NCBI GenBank assembly: GCA_963695545.1 | Contig: OY968796.1 | Location: 224,001 to 288,000 of the forward strand | Source of the DNA: Terriglobia bacterium | GTDB lineage: Bacteria > Acidobacteriota > Terriglobia > Acidiferrales > UBA7541 | Direction: 5' to 3' | DNA length: 64,000 bases | Shown: positions 29,472 to 39,392 of the stretch, in pieces | How positions within the stretch are numbered: the first letter of the stretch is position 1 | How the letters are laid out: every line of letters begins with the position of its first letter | Position numbers and translations under genes: made by a program | The notes under the pieces: model-generated | Databases searched by the model: none | Told to the model about the DNA's origin: nothing | What the model saw: only the letters and a program-made list of their open reading frames with translations

Positions 29472-30692
29472 CTACTGAAGATAACGGAGGAAGAGAGTGA
29501 GATAGCGTTTGAGATTTTGGGTGATGAGGAAATTTTCTTTTACGTGTTCGTGGCCCTGCGCGCCGAGGCGCTCGGCGATTTCGGGATGCGAAAGAAGATA
29601 GCGAATCTGATAGGCGCAGCCTTCGACGGAATGGCAGAGCATTCCCGTGTGTTTGTGAATCACCTGGGTGGGAATGCCGCCAACGGCTGAAGCGACCACG
29701 GGTTTTTTCTTCCAGAGAGCTTCGGCGACGGTGAGGCCGAAGCCTTCGCGCAGACTTTTCTGGATGACAATCGTGGAGGCGCGCTGAAAGGCGTTGATTT
29801 CGAGCGGGCTCCAGGGCGGCAGTTCGAGGACGTGGACGTCGGGATCGTCGCCGGCTTCGGCGCGGACTTCGGCGAGGACCTGCGCGCCTTCGGGATCGTC
29901 GGAGGCGCTGCCGCCGACGAGAACCAACTGGCAATCGTAATAGCGCTTCACGATGCGATAGGCCTTGATGACGCCGACGGGATCTTTGGCGCGATCGAAG
30001 CGCGAAACCTGCGTGAGGATGCGGCGCGTGGGATCGACCTGGAACCGCTCGAGGACGCTTTGAACAAATTCGGGCTCGAGATCGCGATTTTTTTCGGCCA
30101 GCGGATCGATCGAGGGATAAAACAAATATTGCGGAGTCGGAAGCTGGCGCGAGAATTCGGGCGAAGAAAAAATGGCGCCATCGTAGCGCGAAACGAATTG
30201 TTCGAGGAATTGCCACACGGCGGGATTGGGGCGCGAAAGATCGATGTGGCAGCGCCAGGTCCAATGGCCGGCATTCGGGGCGCGCGCTTCGATCAGCGCG
30301 GCGGGCTGCGGATCGTGGATCACGGTGAATTCGGAGTCTCGATCGAGCAGCGAGCGATTGCGGCGATTGCATTCGAGGAAAGTTTCGAGATCTTCGGCGG
30401 TGGGCTCGCGCGTATCGCCTTGCAGCGCGTTGTGGAAGAGCTTGGTGACGTCGAAGAATTTGGCGTCGCCTTCGAGCACGGTCCAGGCGATCTGCAGGCC
30501 GAGTTCATCAATGAGCGGCACCAGGCGATTCAGGATTTCGGCCACGCCGCCGCCGACGGCGGTGGAATTGACCATTTGGACGCGGCGCCCCTGCAACGGC
30601 CGCGCGAGGGCGCGCAGTTCGTCGATCTCGAGGACGCCGAGCAGCGGCACGTACTGATCGAGCGGAATCGAGTTGAGAGTTTGCACCTGCAT
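29472..30692 (-). CDS. treT: Trehalose synthase TreT-like GT4 glycosyltransferase
   Basis: NSTAVGGGVAEIL, HDPQP, WRCHID, QVSRFDRAKD, EGFGLTVAEALWK. Confidence 0.88.
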   Translation of the reverse strand: MQVQTLNSIPLDQYVPLLGVLEIDELRALARPLQGRRVQMVNSTAVGGGVAEILNRLVPLIDELGLQIAWTVLEGDAKFFDVTKLFHNALQGDTREPTAEDLETFLECNRRNRSLLDRDSEFTVIHDPQPAALIEARAPNAGHWTWRCHIDLSRPNPAVWQFLEQFVSRYDGAIFSSPEFSRQLPTPQYLFYPSIDPLAEKNRDLEPEFVQSVLERFQVDPTRRILTQVSRFDRAKDPVGVIKAYRIVKRYYDCQLVLVGGSASDDPEGAQVLAEVRAEAGDDPDVHVLELPPWSPLEINAFQRASTIVIQKSLREGFGLTVAEALWKKKPVVASAVGGIPTQVIHKHTGMLCHSVEGCAYQIRYLLSHPEIAERLGAQGHEHVKENFLITQNLKRYLTLFLRYLQ

Positions 30693-31393
30693 CAGGATTG
30701 CCTCAATTCGCGGTCGATCAATCGCAGCATGACGTCGCGCGCGCTGTCGAGCGTGTTGGTGTAAATGTCGATGCGATCGATGTGATAGGCGAGCTTCTCA
30801 AGACCGAGCGAGCCGCGCAGCCACAGCGAGAAATCGTTAGTGCGCAGGCCGAGACGCAGCCGCGAAGCGATGAAGTGAAAATAAAACGATGAGTGGCTCA
30901 ATTTCGCCAGGCCCTGCTTGAATTCATCGAGCGTGCGCGCGGAAACGCCGAGCGGCATGGTGACGTCCGCGTTTTCACAGAAGTAGAAACTTTCGAGCGC
31001 GGGCTGCTGCGCGATTTGCGGATAGGCCTTGCAATAATCGGTGACGTAGCGCACCAGATCGGCGCGCAACTCGGCGATCGAAACGTAATCGCGCACATCG
31101 AGCGCGGCCATCTGCTCGGCCAATTCGCCGCGGTTGGTGGCCGAAAGAACCCATTGCGCGAAATCGTTGGAAAAACCCTCGGTGAGAAAATGATGGATGC
31201 CCAGCGTTTGGAAGCAGTGATAGAAGATCGAAGCGTCACTGCATTTCTCGAGATCGGCGGAGAGATCGTTGAGGTCGCGCGCGACCTGATTGCCGATACC
31301 CACCAGCGATGCGACGGTGATGAATTCAAAGGGCTGGCGGTCCGCGCCGCCGGCGCCGTTGCCGCTATTTGAGTTGCTGCCGTTGTTGCTCAC
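30692..31393 (-). CDS. DUF5752-like protein
   Basis: Duplicated SIFYH..NDFAQW and SFYFH..NDFSLW modules; typical treT neighbour. Confidence 0.8.
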   Translation of the reverse strand: MSNNGSNSNSGNGAGGADRQPFEFITVASLVGIGNQVARDLNDLSADLEKCSDASIFYHCFQTLGIHHFLTEGFSNDFAQWVLSATNRGELAEQMAALDVRDYVSIAELRADLVRYVTDYCKAYPQIAQQPALESFYFCENADVTMPLGVSARTLDEFKQGLAKLSHSSFYFHFIASRLRLGLRTNDFSLWLRGSLGLEKLAYHIDRIDIYTNTLDSARDVMLRLIDRELRQS

Positions 31394-32187
31394 CGAAGCT
31401 CCTCGTCGATTTTCGCAAGCGCGGTTGTGACCTCCGCCGGGCTGCGCAATTTGTAGTGCGCGCGAGTGGGCCGGCGCGTGCGGCCGACGCGCACGGTGAT
31501 GCCGCGGCGCAACGCGGTGAACGCGGATTCATCGGAGATATTGTCGCCAAAAAAAACGGGCAGCGTGCCGCGAGGGGAACCGTGATTCGACTCACTGCGC
31601 ACGGCGTGGCCTTTATCGCGGAATTTTCGCGGCAAAAGCTCCGAATCTTCCCAGTTTTCTAGGACGCGCAGGCGGCCGCGGCTGGATTTGGCGATGGTGT
31701 GCAGCGCGGCATTGAGCAGGCGGCGCGCGGACGGAGCGGCGCGTTCATAATGAATGGCGAGGAGAAAACGCTTGTCTTCAAGCCACGCCGAGGTCGCTCC
31801 TGTGAAGTAGGTGCTCAGCAGCGGCCGCAATGCGCGCTTGGCTTCGGCGAGGGCCGCGCGGTCAGCACGCGAGATTTTGGTACGCGCGCCATTTTCCCAG
31901 CCGTACGCGCCGAGATATTGAACGCGCGGCAAGCCGATGTACTGGACGAGATCGGCCCGGCGACGCCCGCTGATGATCGAGAGGCGCACGCGCGGATTGC
32001 GCGCGAGGCGCTGCAAGATGCGGCGCGTGGCGGGCGCGACGCAAACCAGATCGGGGCGCGGCGCGTAGGGCACGAGCGTTCCGTCAAAATCGAGGAACAG
32101 CGCGATGCGCGGGGCGTCCGCGATGCGCCGGCCGACGCGGCTCCACGCGGAGAGCAAATGAGGGAGCGGATGCGCGGGCGCGGTCAT
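31390..32187 (-). CDS. otsB: Trehalose-6-phosphate phosphatase
   Basis: HAD motifs LDFDGTL, SGR, DKG, GDNISDE. Confidence 0.9.
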   Translation of the reverse strand: MTAPAHPLPHLLSAWSRVGRRIADAPRIALFLDFDGTLVPYAPRPDLVCVAPATRRILQRLARNPRVRLSIISGRRRADLVQYIGLPRVQYLGAYGWENGARTKISRADRAALAEAKRALRPLLSTYFTGATSAWLEDKRFLLAIHYERAAPSARRLLNAALHTIAKSSRGRLRVLENWEDSELLPRKFRDKGHAVRSESNHGSPRGTLPVFFGDNISDESAFTALRRGITVRVGRTRRPTRAHYKLRSPAEVTTALAKIDEELR

Positions 32188-34526
32188 GAGGCCGCCACGC
32201 GCTCGGCGCGCTCCGGCCGCGGCACGCGATCGATGCTGATGGCCTCAACAAACTTCGGCCGTTCGGGATGCTCGACGCGGATTTCGATGAGTTCAGACAG
32301 GAGCGTGCCGGCCCAGCGATAAATATTGTGCTCGCGAACGACGCGGCGCATGCGCTCCATGCGCTCGGCCTGCTCGGCGCGCGGCATTTCGATGGCCTCG
32401 CGAATTCGATCGGCGAGCTGCTGGGTGTCGTAGGGATTGACGAGAAGGGCGTCGACCAGCTCGCGCGACGCGCCGGTGAAATTGCTCAGGATCAGCACGC
32501 CGCCCAAATCGTCGCGGGCCACCACAAATTCCTTGGCGACGAGGTTCATGCCGTCGTGCAACGAAGTGACCATGCAGAGATCCGCCGCGCGAAACAGGCG
32601 AAAGATTTCGCTGTGCGTGTGATGGCGCTCGAGAATCACGATCGGTTTCCAGCGCGCGGTCTGGAATTTGGCGTTGATGCGATTGGCCTCGACGATAATT
32701 TCGCGCTGCAGGTCGTGATACGCGGGAATTTCGCCGCGGCTGGGCGCCGCAATCTGGACGAATGTGAATTCGCGCTGATAGGCGGGATAGGATTCGAGAA
32801 ATTGTTCGATGCCGCGAAAGCGCTGGAGAATTCCCTTGGTGTAATCGGCGCGATCCACGCCGACGCCCAGAAATTGCGACTCGATGCCGTACTGTTTGCG
32901 CACGGCGGCGCGTTGTTCTTCATGTTCGCGCCCGGCGTCCTGTTGCTGTTGCGCGGAGGCGTCGTTCGCCGCCGCGGGTTCGGGAACTGCGACGCTGATC
33001 GGAAACGGGCGAATCAAGGTCAAATGCCCCTGGCGATTCACGGCGAAGCGATCCCATTCCGTGAGGGCCTCGAGAGCGCGATCGACGGTCTCGAGAAAAT
33101 TGTTGCAATGAAACTGAGTGTGAAAACCGATCAGATCGGCGCCCAAAAGACCGTGAAGAAGCTCGCGCTGCCAGGGGCAAATTCCGAAGACTTCAGGATT
33201 GGGCCATGGGATATGCCAGAAGATCGCCACGCGCGCGTCGGGGCGCGCTTCCTTGATCAAGCGTGGCAGCAACGCGAAGTGATAGTCCTGAACGAGCACG
33301 ACTGGAGACGCGGTGTGCTCCATCTCCTGGAGCACGGCGTCCGCGAATTTAAGATTGACGCGCTGATATTGTTCCCAGTCGCTGGCGCGAAAGATCGGCT
33401 GCGCGAACGCGGTGTGGCACAGCGGCCAGATGCCTTCGTTGGCGAAGCCGAAGTAGAAACCTTTTTCTTCTTCGGGCGTGAGCCACACGCGGCGCAACGT
33501 GTAGCTGGGCGTTTCGGGCGGCACGCGCAGGTGATCCTGCGCGTCGACCGTATCGCGGTCGGCGTCGCCAGAACCCTGGGCGATCCACGTGCCATCGCAA
33601 GAGACCATCACGGGTTCGATCGCGGTGACCACGCCGCTGGCGGGAACGATCGTTTCGATGGATTTTTCGCGGCGTACGTGCATGTACGGCTCGCGATTCG
33701 AGACAACGAATAGCGGACTGTCTTGGAGCTTCCCGCGAAGACTGACGCGCAGCCGCTCAGCGGTCCACTGGGATTCGGCGGTCTCGCGCAGACGCGCTTC
33801 GACCTCGGCGGCCGAACGCGCTTCATCCAGATTTCTCGCCAGGTGCGTGGCTTCGTTTGTGAGTTGCGCGAACATTTCACCGCCGACGGGCGGCTCGCCC
33901 GAGCGATGGCCCAGGCGCTTGGCGCGGAGCCAGACCGCGGTTCTGGCGAGCGGATCGCGGAACGTCCAACGGATCAAAAACACGGTGACGAAAACAATCA
34001 GGATGGTTTCGATGCCCGCGTTCATCATCGCGTCGCGCCAGGTTTGAGCGGTTTGCGCGTCGATGGTGCTCGCGTCATAAAAGAGAGCGAGCGTGCCGGT
34101 CACGTGGCCTTCGCGAAACAGCGGCACGGCGTAGATTTCGGACGAGACGCCTTCGACGCCGGTGAACTCGCCGACGCCGCGACCGAGTGCGGCGGCTTCG
34201 GTGGCCGCGTCGGGCGGAGTGCGCAAAGACGTCGCGAGCCCGGAGGTGATCGCGAGGGGCGCGCCGCTGTCGTCGTAAACGGCGATGCCGGCCAAATTGT
34301 CGCGGTGACCGAATCTTTCGACTACGCGCTGAAGATTGCGATCCGGCGCTCCATTGACGAGCGGTTCGACAGTCTCCTGCAGGCTTTCCGCCAAGGTTGC
34401 GGCGCGCGCGGTGAGTTCGTTGCGCAGCGCTCGCTTTTCAGATTCGGCGCGGTAGACGGCGAAAAGGAGGGAGACAAGGGCAACGCTGGCGATCAGCGGC
34501 AAGATGAAGCGGAGGTTGCTTCGCAT
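32184..34526 (-). CDS. otsA: Trehalose-6-phosphate synthase with N-terminal membrane-anchored extracytoplasmic domain
   Basis: VVSNREP, QDYH, FWHIPWP, GVDRADYTKG, DGMNLVAKE; two TM segments flank a ~150-aa domain at the N-terminus. Confidence 0.92.
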   Translation of the reverse strand: MRSNLRFILPLIASVALVSLLFAVYRAESEKRALRNELTARAATLAESLQETVEPLVNGAPDRNLQRVVERFGHRDNLAGIAVYDDSGAPLAITSGLATSLRTPPDAATEAAALGRGVGEFTGVEGVSSEIYAVPLFREGHVTGTLALFYDASTIDAQTAQTWRDAMMNAGIETILIVFVTVFLIRWTFRDPLARTAVWLRAKRLGHRSGEPPVGGEMFAQLTNEATHLARNLDEARSAAEVEARLRETAESQWTAERLRVSLRGKLQDSPLFVVSNREPYMHVRREKSIETIVPASGVVTAIEPVMVSCDGTWIAQGSGDADRDTVDAQDHLRVPPETPSYTLRRVWLTPEEEKGFYFGFANEGIWPLCHTAFAQPIFRASDWEQYQRVNLKFADAVLQEMEHTASPVVLVQDYHFALLPRLIKEARPDARVAIFWHIPWPNPEVFGICPWQRELLHGLLGADLIGFHTQFHCNNFLETVDRALEALTEWDRFAVNRQGHLTLIRPFPISVAVPEPAAANDASAQQQQDAGREHEEQRAAVRKQYGIESQFLGVGVDRADYTKGILQRFRGIEQFLESYPAYQREFTFVQIAAPSRGEIPAYHDLQREIIVEANRINAKFQTARWKPIVILERHHTHSEIFRLFRAADLCMVTSLHDGMNLVAKEFVVARDDLGGVLILSNFTGASRELVDALLVNPYDTQQLADRIREAIEMPRAEQAERMERMRRVVREHNIYRWAGTLLSELIEIRVEHPERPKFVEAISIDRVPRPERAERVAAS

Positions 34527-34794
34527 CTTCCGTCTCCTCTCCGAACCAGAGCGCCGTCTGCGAATCCTCAATATCGTCTTCGATTCGCGTTACCGTCTCA
34601 ATACAGGGAATCACTGATTTCGCTCTCGGCGCGCTCCACACACTCGCGTTGTTTCCCTTTCGATGCCAGTGATTCGCGGGACATCCCGAGAGTCGAGAGT
34701 CCGCGACTAACAAATTCAAACGGCGGAGAACGCCCAGGAGGAGCTTGGGGCGGGCTTCCCGCCCCAAGCCCGCGCTTGCCGCGCGGTGACGGCG

Positions 34795-35151
34795 TTAGTT
34801 GCTGGACTGAACGGTGACGTGCGTTGCGATTTGATTGCCACCGTCGGTGCGGAATTCGACCGTGGCCATCGCGCCGACGGCCGGCTTGCCATCAATCTTC
34901 GTGTCCGAATTGATGACGAAGACCTGCGTTTGCGGATCACTACCCGATTGAACCTCTATCGAGAGCGACGTGTCCGTCGCGGCCACGATCTTGCCGCTAG
35001 CGGTAGAGGTTGCGGTCGCATCGGGGCTTGGTTGAGTTGGAGACTGTTGGGAGTTCATGGAGATTGCCGCCGGGAGCGGGCGCGACCAAGCGGGCGCGAC
35101 CAGCAAACCCAGGGATACGACACTCAGCAGAACTTGTTTGGTGAATTTCAC
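34795..35151 (-). CDS. Small secreted protein (DUF5666/OB-fold-like)
   Basis: Signal peptide, then SGKIV...FVINSDTKIDG...VTVEF pattern; AGGAGG RBS before GTG. Confidence 0.7.
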   Translation of the reverse strand: MKFTKQVLLSVVSLGLLVAPAWSRPLPAAISMNSQQSPTQPSPDATATSTASGKIVAATDTSLSIEVQSGSDPQTQVFVINSDTKIDGKPAVGAMATVEFRTDGGNQIATHVTVQSSN

Positions 35152-35506
35152 TGCCCACCTCCTGAATTTATTCGGCTGAGGCCTAGAAGAGGAGCAACCC
35201 GCATTCCAAACAGAACAGAAAATCAAGTGAATCTCGTAAGTGCCAAAAAGATCAGACACATAAAGCGGGCTAAAAGGCCGCGGCGATTGGATTGCGCGTC
35301 TGCGACGTATGCAATTTTTTCCCACGGGCGCAGGAGTGGAGCAACCGCAGGACCGCGAGAGACCAGTTCGTTGGGACCAGAAAAAGTCGATCCCAAGGCC
35401 GAAGGGAAACGCGTTGCGTCGCGCGACGCGCTGGGTGACGCCCCGCGTTTTGCGGAGTACAATTCCGGCGAGCGTCGCGACGCAAAAGGTGAAAGGGAGA
35501 TTCCCG

Positions 35507-35908
35507 ATGACGGACGTGATTCAGCAAACGGTGGAATTCGAAGCGTCGCCGAAGACGCTGTATGGGCTTTACATGAACTCAGCGAAGCACACCAAAGCCA
35601 CCGGGGCGCCGGCGAAAATGAGCGCGAAAGTTGGCGGAGCGTTTCGGGCGTACGGCGGAGCGCTGAGCGGGAAAAATCTGGTGGTGGTGCCGGGGAAAAT
35701 GATTGTGCAATTGTGGCGCTCCACTTCGTTCAAGAAATCGGATGCGGATTCGATTTTGATCATGGTGTTCAGCAAGACGCCGTCTGGCGGGCGCGTGGAT
35801 CTGGCGCACGTGAATGTTCCCGAGCACGACCACAAAGGTGTGAGCGAGGGATGGCTGAAATATTATTGGAATCCGTGGCGGGCATATTTGGCGGCGGGCG
35901 GTCGATAG
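35507..35908 (+). CDS. SRPBCC/AHA1-domain protein
   Basis: IQQTVEF.ASP..LY, GG.F, IVQLWR, GW.KYYW; GGGAG RBS. Confidence 0.88.
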   Translation: MTDVIQQTVEFEASPKTLYGLYMNSAKHTKATGAPAKMSAKVGGAFRAYGGALSGKNLVVVPGKMIVQLWRSTSFKKSDADSILIMVFSKTPSGGRVDLAHVNVPEHDHKGVSEGWLKYYWNPWRAYLAAGGR

Positions 35909-36174
35909 GCGGGGCGGGTGGAGACGATTTACGGCAAGGTGCTGCGGTAACGTTGCAGGCGTGCGCGACATCTAAGAATTCAGATGGTCAGAAGTCTATT
36001 GGCCGGCTCGTCTCGATATCCAGCTATCGAGATAATTTGGGAAGCGCAAGTGCGATACACACGGCCATCTGTAGAAATGCGCTCCATGCAGCCGATCTAG
36101 AAAATACCTTCCGCGCAATTCAGGCTGCGGCGCGCGAATGGCGCGCGAACGAAAATCTCGAGAGGTGAAGCGAA

Positions 36175-37215
36175 ATGCGACCTACAAAAAACATGTTCCG
36201 CTGGATGCTGCCGCTGCTGGCGGTAGCTGGATTGTTCCTGGCGCTGCCGGCGCCTTCTTCGGCGCATGCCAGGCGCCCGGCGCGCGCGGCGCAAATCGCC
36301 GTGGGAATCTCGGTGGGCATCGCGCCGCCGCCGCTGCCTTACTACGATCAGCCGATTTGCCCGGGCGATGGCTATATTTGGACGCCGGGATATTGGGCCT
36401 GGGACGGCACGGACTATTACTGGGTGCCGGGCACGTGGGTAGAGGCTCCGTTCGTGGGAGGACTTTGGACGCCGGGCTATTGGGGATGGGGCGGCGCGGC
36501 GTTTTTCTGGCATGAGGGATATTGGGGCCCAGAAGTCGGCTTCTATGGCGGGATCAATTACGGTTTCGGTTACGGTGGGGTTGGGTATGAGGGCGGACGT
36601 TGGAATGGCGGCGTGTTCGAGTACAACTCAGCCGTGAACCATATCAACGTCAACGTGATTCACAATACGTACGTGCAGAACGTGCCGAGCGTGCATCCGG
36701 GACGCGTGGCTTACAACGGCGGCACAGGCGGAATTCAGCGCCAGCCGAGCGCGCAAGAACGGGCGGCGGCGGGAGAACGGCGCGCGGGGCCGACGTCCGA
36801 TCAAGCGCAGCATGAGCAAACCGCCCGAAGCAATCCCGCGCAGCATTACTCCGCGAATAAAGGACGGCCGGCAGTGGCCGCAAGCTCCAAACCCGGAGAT
36901 TTCACGCACGGCGCGCAGCCCGCGGCTACTCGTCCCAGTTATCGGCCACCGGCAGGGGGCGCGAGCGGCGGGGGAAATACGGGACACGCGACGGGCGCGA
37001 CGTCGCACGGAACGACGACCACGTCACATACAAACACGACACGTACGACGACGACGCACACAAACACGACGTCACGCGGGAGCTCCGCGCCGCACGGAAG
37101 TTCAGCGCCACACGGAAACTCGGCGCCGCATAGCGCGGCCCCGCCGCACTCTTCAGGAGGTGGTGGCTCACACCCAAGCGGTGGCGGCGGCGGTGACGAC
37201 AAGGGGAAACACTAG
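36175..37215 (+). CDS. YXWGXW-repeat secreted protein with low-complexity C-terminus
   Basis: YIWTPGYWAW, YWVPGTW, WTPGYWGW, WHEGYW repeats; signal peptide. Confidence 0.9.
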   Translation: MRPTKNMFRWMLPLLAVAGLFLALPAPSSAHARRPARAAQIAVGISVGIAPPPLPYYDQPICPGDGYIWTPGYWAWDGTDYYWVPGTWVEAPFVGGLWTPGYWGWGGAAFFWHEGYWGPEVGFYGGINYGFGYGGVGYEGGRWNGGVFEYNSAVNHINVNVIHNTYVQNVPSVHPGRVAYNGGTGGIQRQPSAQERAAAGERRAGPTSDQAQHEQTARSNPAQHYSANKGRPAVAASSKPGDFTHGAQPAATRPSYRPPAGGASGGGNTGHATGATSHGTTTTSHTNTTRTTTTHTNTTSRGSSAPHGSSAPHGNSAPHSAAPPHSSGGGGSHPSGGGGGDDKGKH

Positions 37216-37260
37216 TCGCGATTCGGACGTGAATCGAATCCCGCGGGTGAATCCCGCGAG

Positions 37261-37314
37261 AAAAACTGGCGAGCCCGCTGGCGCAATCGCGCGCTAGCGG
37301 GCTCGCCGTTTTTT
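37261..37314. terminator. Bidirectional intrinsic terminator
   Basis: A-run, GGCGAGCCCGCTGGCGC / GCGCTAGCGGGCTCGCC stem, T-run, between convergent genes. Confidence 0.85.
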
Positions 37315-37361
37315 ATGATCGCGTTTACATGGCGCGAGCGGCGCGGCAGACGGATGGCGCG

Positions 37362-39239
37362 CTACAGGTCAAAGCACAGCGGAACGTCGACGACCACGAT
37401 TCGGTCGTTGCCCTTGAGAAGCAGGAGCGCGCGCAGCGCCGCGGCGCGATTGTTCTGCAGGAGATAATCGTACCAGTGGCGCTTCACGCTTTCGGGGATC
37501 AGCACGGCGATGCGGCGCGTGGGATTCTGGCGCGCGACTTCCAGGATGTGATCCATGATCGGCGCGATGACCAGACGGTAAGGCGATTCCACGGTGAGCA
37601 GCTTCGGCGGCGGCAAGCCATTTTTTTTGGCCGGCGCCTCCACCAACGTGGGCCATTGTTGTTCGAGCGTTTTCGCGGACTCGTCATCTTCGCCGACGAT
37701 GTGCAGCACCTCGATGTCTTTCGAGATCGTGAGAGCAAAGCGGATGCCGCTCTGGGCGACTTTTCCCCATCCGCGGATCGGCACGATGACCAGTGGCGCT
37801 TGGAGCGGCGTCGCGTCAAGCGGCGCGTCGCTGGCGACCATTTTCGCGGCGCGATCGAGACGTCCGTGCACGAAGGTCATGAGCATCAGCAGCGAAGGGA
37901 TCAGCAGCACGGTGATCCACGCGCCGTGCGTGAACTTCGCAACCAAGACCACCAGAACCGTGATGCCGGTCGCGACCGCTCCCACACCATTCACGATCAT
38001 GCTTCGCCGCCAGCCGGGGCCCCTCACGCGGCGCCAGTGGCTCACCATTCCGGCCTGCGAAAGCGTGAACGCCAGAAACGCGCCGACGGCGTAGAGCGGA
38101 ATCAAGCGGTCGGTTACGCCGCCAAAAAAAATCAGGAGAGCGCCGGCGAGAAACGCGAGTACGTAAACGCCCTCAGAATAAACCAGGCGCCGGCCGCGAA
38201 TATTGAAGCCGTCGGGCAGATAACCGTTCTGCGCGATGGCTCGGCACAGGCGCGGAAAATCGGCGAAGGCCGTGTTGGCCGAGAGCGCGAGCACAACCAA
38301 CACGGAGCCGATAGCCACGTAGTAAAAGGCGCCTCGGCCGGCCACGGCTACGATGATCATGGAGAGCACGCTCTGATAGCCGGCCTGGCCCGGCTCGGTC
38401 GCGGTGATGCCGTAGGCGTGCACCAAGTAGGCGATCCCCGCAAGCAACACGATCAACAGGCCGATGATCAGCGTCAGCGTGCGCTGCGCGGTGCGCACCG
38501 TGGGATCGCGGAAGGCGCGCACTCCGTTGCTCACGGCTTCGACGCCGGTCATCGCCGTGCAACCGCTGGCGAATGCTTGCAGAATCAGCCAGACGCTCAC
38601 CGCTTCCACGGCGTGGGTCGCGGGCGGCGGAGGCGCGATGACCGGAACGGGATGGCCGCCCGTGGCAATACATTTGAAGACGCCGTAGCCGATCGCCGCC
38701 AACAAGCTCAGCAGAAAAAGATAAGTCGGAACCATGAAAATGATTCCCGCCTCGCGCAGGCCGCGAAGATTGATGATGGTAATGAGCGCGAGAATCCCGA
38801 GACATATCTGGAGCGTGTGCGGGAGCAGGCGAGGCGCCGCCGAGACCAGCGCTCCGACGCCGGCGGAAATGCCGACGGCGACCGTCAAAACATAATCGAT
38901 CATCAGGGCCGAGGCCGCCAGCAAGCCCGCATTCGGGCCGAGATTTTCGGTGGCTACGGTATAGGAGCCGCCGCCACCCGGATACGCCGCGATCGTTTGG
39001 CGGTAAGAAAAATAGACGATGACCAGCAGGACGATAATGCTGGTGCTGATCGGAATGATGTAGGTTGCCGCCGCGGCTCCGAGCGGGATCAGCAGCGTGA
39101 GCGCGGCTTCGGGCCCGTACGCCGCGGAGCTGAGCGCGTCGAGGCCGAATATCGGGAGACCTGCGGCGGTCCCCAATTCTTCGGCCCGCTCCATGTAAGT
39201 GGCGAGCGGTTTGCCGAAGCACAGATCGCGGAGAGTCAT
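37362..39239 (-). CDS. APC-family permease (KimA/YdaO-like)
   Basis: DALSSAAYGPE, YPGGGGSY, DYVLTVAV, TGVEAVSNG, LIPLYAVG, ESPYR. Alternative start at 39263. Confidence 0.9.
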   Translation of the reverse strand: MTLRDLCFGKPLATYMERAEELGTAAGLPIFGLDALSSAAYGPEAALTLLIPLGAAAATYIIPISTSIIVLLVIVYFSYRQTIAAYPGGGGSYTVATENLGPNAGLLAASALMIDYVLTVAVGISAGVGALVSAAPRLLPHTLQICLGILALITIINLRGLREAGIIFMVPTYLFLLSLLAAIGYGVFKCIATGGHPVPVIAPPPPATHAVEAVSVWLILQAFASGCTAMTGVEAVSNGVRAFRDPTVRTAQRTLTLIIGLLIVLLAGIAYLVHAYGITATEPGQAGYQSVLSMIIVAVAGRGAFYYVAIGSVLVVLALSANTAFADFPRLCRAIAQNGYLPDGFNIRGRRLVYSEGVYVLAFLAGALLIFFGGVTDRLIPLYAVGAFLAFTLSQAGMVSHWRRVRGPGWRRSMIVNGVGAVATGITVLVVLVAKFTHGAWITVLLIPSLLMLMTFVHGRLDRAAKMVASDAPLDATPLQAPLVIVPIRGWGKVAQSGIRFALTISKDIEVLHIVGEDDESAKTLEQQWPTLVEAPAKKNGLPPPKLLTVESPYRLVIAPIMDHILEVARQNPTRRIAVLIPESVKRHWYDYLLQNNRAAALRALLLLKGNDRIVVVDVPLCFDL

Positions 39240-39392
39240 CTTGTTTTTGTCGGCTCTTGGCAAGGCAAGCCGGAACCCACGCTAGGTTAAGTTGTTTGCG
39301 GCGAAGAGTGAAACGAAAAATTGACGGAGCACGTTTTCCGCCAATTCGACGGGCAATTGCGTGATAGCATTCGCTCGCCTGGGAGGGCAGCC

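Noticed and set aside
34786..36168. 460-aa plus-strand ORF
   Set aside because: It overlaps two better-supported genes and has non-protein-like composition.
39240..39392. c-di-AMP (ydaO) riboswitch upstream of the KimA-like gene
   Set aside because: The short divergent intergenic region shows no recognisable consensus.
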